Shown one piece after another: positions 62,630-64,000 of a stretch of DNA of 64,000 nucleotides (positions are counted from its first letter, which is position 1; each line of letters begins with the position of its first letter). The position numbers and the translations under genes are program-made. The stretch covers positions 3,360,001 to 3,424,000 of the forward strand of contig OZ244999.1 in the NCBI GenBank assembly GCA_965223265.1. The letters run 5' to 3'. The notes below the pieces were generated by a model. That model made no database searches. It saw only the letters and a list, made by a program, of their open reading frames with translations, and had not been told where the DNA came from. The DNA comes from Planctomycetota bacterium. Its GTDB lineage: Bacteria; Planctomycetota; UBA8108; SXIK01.

Positions 62630-63625
62630 ATGCCCGCCGTCTTGATCACCCCCGAAGCGCTGATCGACAAACCCGGAAAAAACACTGAAGTGCTCGAGGC
62701 GGCCGGCCTCGAGATTCGCTACCCGAAGAATCACCAGCTCGTCCGCGGGCTCACCAGCGAGGAGGAGCTGATCGCGGAACTTCAGGGATGCGCGGCAATC
62801 GTTGCCGGCGGCGAGTATTTGACCGCGAGCGCGATTGCCGCCCTTCCCGAGTTGCGTGTGATCGCGCGCTGCGGCGTCGGGTATGACCGTGTTGACGTAG
62901 ACGCTGCGACGGCGCGGACGATTCCCGTGACGATCACGCCCACTGCGAACCACGAAGGCGTGGCGGAGCACGCCTTGTCTCTTCTCTTCGCCGTCGCCAA
63001 GACCGTCGTCAAGACCGATCGTGCACTGCGCGCCGGGCATTGGCCACGAACGCTCACACGCCCCCTTCGCAGCACCACCATCGGCCTCGTCGGGCTCGGC
63101 CGCGTTGGACGCAGCATGGCGCTGCGCTGCTTGGCGCTGGGGATGAAGGTTATCGCCAGCGACGTGGCACCGCCCCGGGCGTTCGTCGACGAGCACGGAA
63201 TCGAGCTCGTCGACCGTGACACTCTGCTGGCGCGTGCGGACTGGGTCAGCCTTCACTGCCCGCTCACACCTGAGACGCGAAACTCCTTCGACGCCGACTG
63301 TTTTGCGAAGATGCGATTCGGGAGCGCGTTCATCAACACAGCGCGCGGCGAAATCGTCGTTGAAGAAGATCTGGTTGCGGCTCTCCTCTCAGGCCACCTC
63401 GGCGGGGCGGGCCTTGACGTCTTTCAGACCGAGCCACCGCCGCCCGATCATCCGCTGCTGGGGCTTGAGAATGTCGTCGTCACTCCTCATCTCTCCGGCC
63501 TCGATGAGATCTCGATGCGCAACATGGGCATCGAGGCCTGCGAGTGCATCGCGCGACTCTACCGGGGTGAGTGGCCTGAGGGCGCGGTGGTCAACGCCCA
63601 ATTGCGCCACGGTTGGAGATGGTGA
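62630..63625 (+). CDS. Phosphoglycerate dehydrogenase-like D-2-hydroxyacid dehydrogenase
   Basis: GVGYDRVD, GLVGLGRVG, INTARG, GLDVF, TPH. Confidence 0.92.
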   Translation: MPAVLITPEALIDKPGKNTEVLEAAGLEIRYPKNHQLVRGLTSEEELIAELQGCAAIVAGGEYLTASAIAALPELRVIARCGVGYDRVDVDAATARTIPVTITPTANHEGVAEHALSLLFAVAKTVVKTDRALRAGHWPRTLTRPLRSTTIGLVGLGRVGRSMALRCLALGMKVIASDVAPPRAFVDEHGIELVDRDTLLARADWVSLHCPLTPETRNSFDADCFAKMRFGSAFINTARGEIVVEEDLVAALLSGHLGGAGLDVFQTEPPPPDHPLLGLENVVVTPHLSGLDEISMRNMGIEACECIARLYRGEWPEGAVVNAQLRHGWRW

Positions 63626-63662
63626 TCGAAGCGTGAACTCGAGTTTGGCCATTCGGTGCACC

Positions 63663-63766
63663 AAAGTAGCAGGCACACTCCTGTGTGCCGTCGCTCTTGT
63701 ACCGTGGACCGTGACCGTCACGGATTCGGAGGTCCGGACGGCACACAGGAGTGTGCCTGCTACTTT
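63663..63766. repeat. GTAG-type REP doublet (REPIN-like): perfect 30-bp inverted repeat
   Basis: AAAGTAGCAGGCACACTCCTGTGTGCCGTC (63663-63692) and its exact reverse complement (63737-63766); each arm contains the hairpin GGCACAC-TCCT-GTGTGCC. Confidence 0.9.
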
Positions 63767-63842
63767 TCGGACAAAGAGTTCTTGAGCGCTCACAAACTTG
63801 CCCAGGGGAGCAAGAAGTGCGAAAGGCCTCTGAATCCCGCCG

Positions 63843-63869
63843 AACTCGTCCGGCCAGGCCGGCGCGAAA
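63843..63869. repeat. Short dispersed intergenic repeat (family 2), second copy
   Basis: Identical to 60501-60527; flanks also similar. Confidence 0.8.
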
Positions 63870-64000
63870 CGGTAGAGTCGAGAGGTGGCGCAGTGGTTTA
63901 GGCCAAGGACTTTCCGTTTCCGGCTCTTTCGTCTGCCGGTGCCATATAGCCTCAGACCGTGCCCTGTTTCCACCTCCCGCTCATCAAACCGGACGTGCGG

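Noticed and set aside
61678-62685. 335-aa minus-strand ORF
   Set aside because: Antisense to the secreted protein and crosses its terminator
1-64000. CRISPR arrays, rRNA, prophage, transposase or anti-phage defence genes
   Set aside because: No regularly spaced repeats or diagnostic motifs seen

Overview
GC-rich bacterial DNA, very probably from a planctomycete: it has DUF1501 and DUF1549/DUF1553 genes, sulfatases, an ASPIC/UnbV protein and secreted proteins with FxRGDxNxD dockerin-like tails. About 36 CDS are supportable; I found no rRNA, tRNA or CRISPR array. Left part (1-21 kb): surface proteins, a sialidase-like hydrolase, class II DAHP synthase, a 2OG-Fe(II) oxygenase, proS, a protease/SirB1 fusion and glcDEF. 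Centre (21-47.6 kb): a divergent exosortase/exopolysaccharide locus. Its minus arm is exosortase-EpsI-giant TPR protein-Wzz-like co-polymerase-degenerate CpsD/CapB kinase, running straight into an AttE/F/G/H-type ABC transporter and lipocalin-like gene. Its plus arm is Wzy/ligase-like protein, two glycosyltransferases, a deacetylase, a single-module NRPS, a PPTase, a degenerate nucleotidyltransferase and a priming sugar transferase. The NRPS reads formyltransferase-degenerate C-[glycine-type A domain interrupted by a luciferase-like monooxygenase]-T, with no release domain. Sigma-54-like promoters head parts of the locus. Right part: typical planctomycete DUF1501, sulfatase and oxidoreductase genes. 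Intergenic DNA holds a ~160 bp MITE-like family (4 copies, one with a CTAA target duplication), a perfect GTAG-type REP doublet and a second short dispersed repeat. The best candidate for an undescribed system is the NRPS-decorated, exosortase-linked EPS locus. All calls come from reading motifs by eye; no searches were run.
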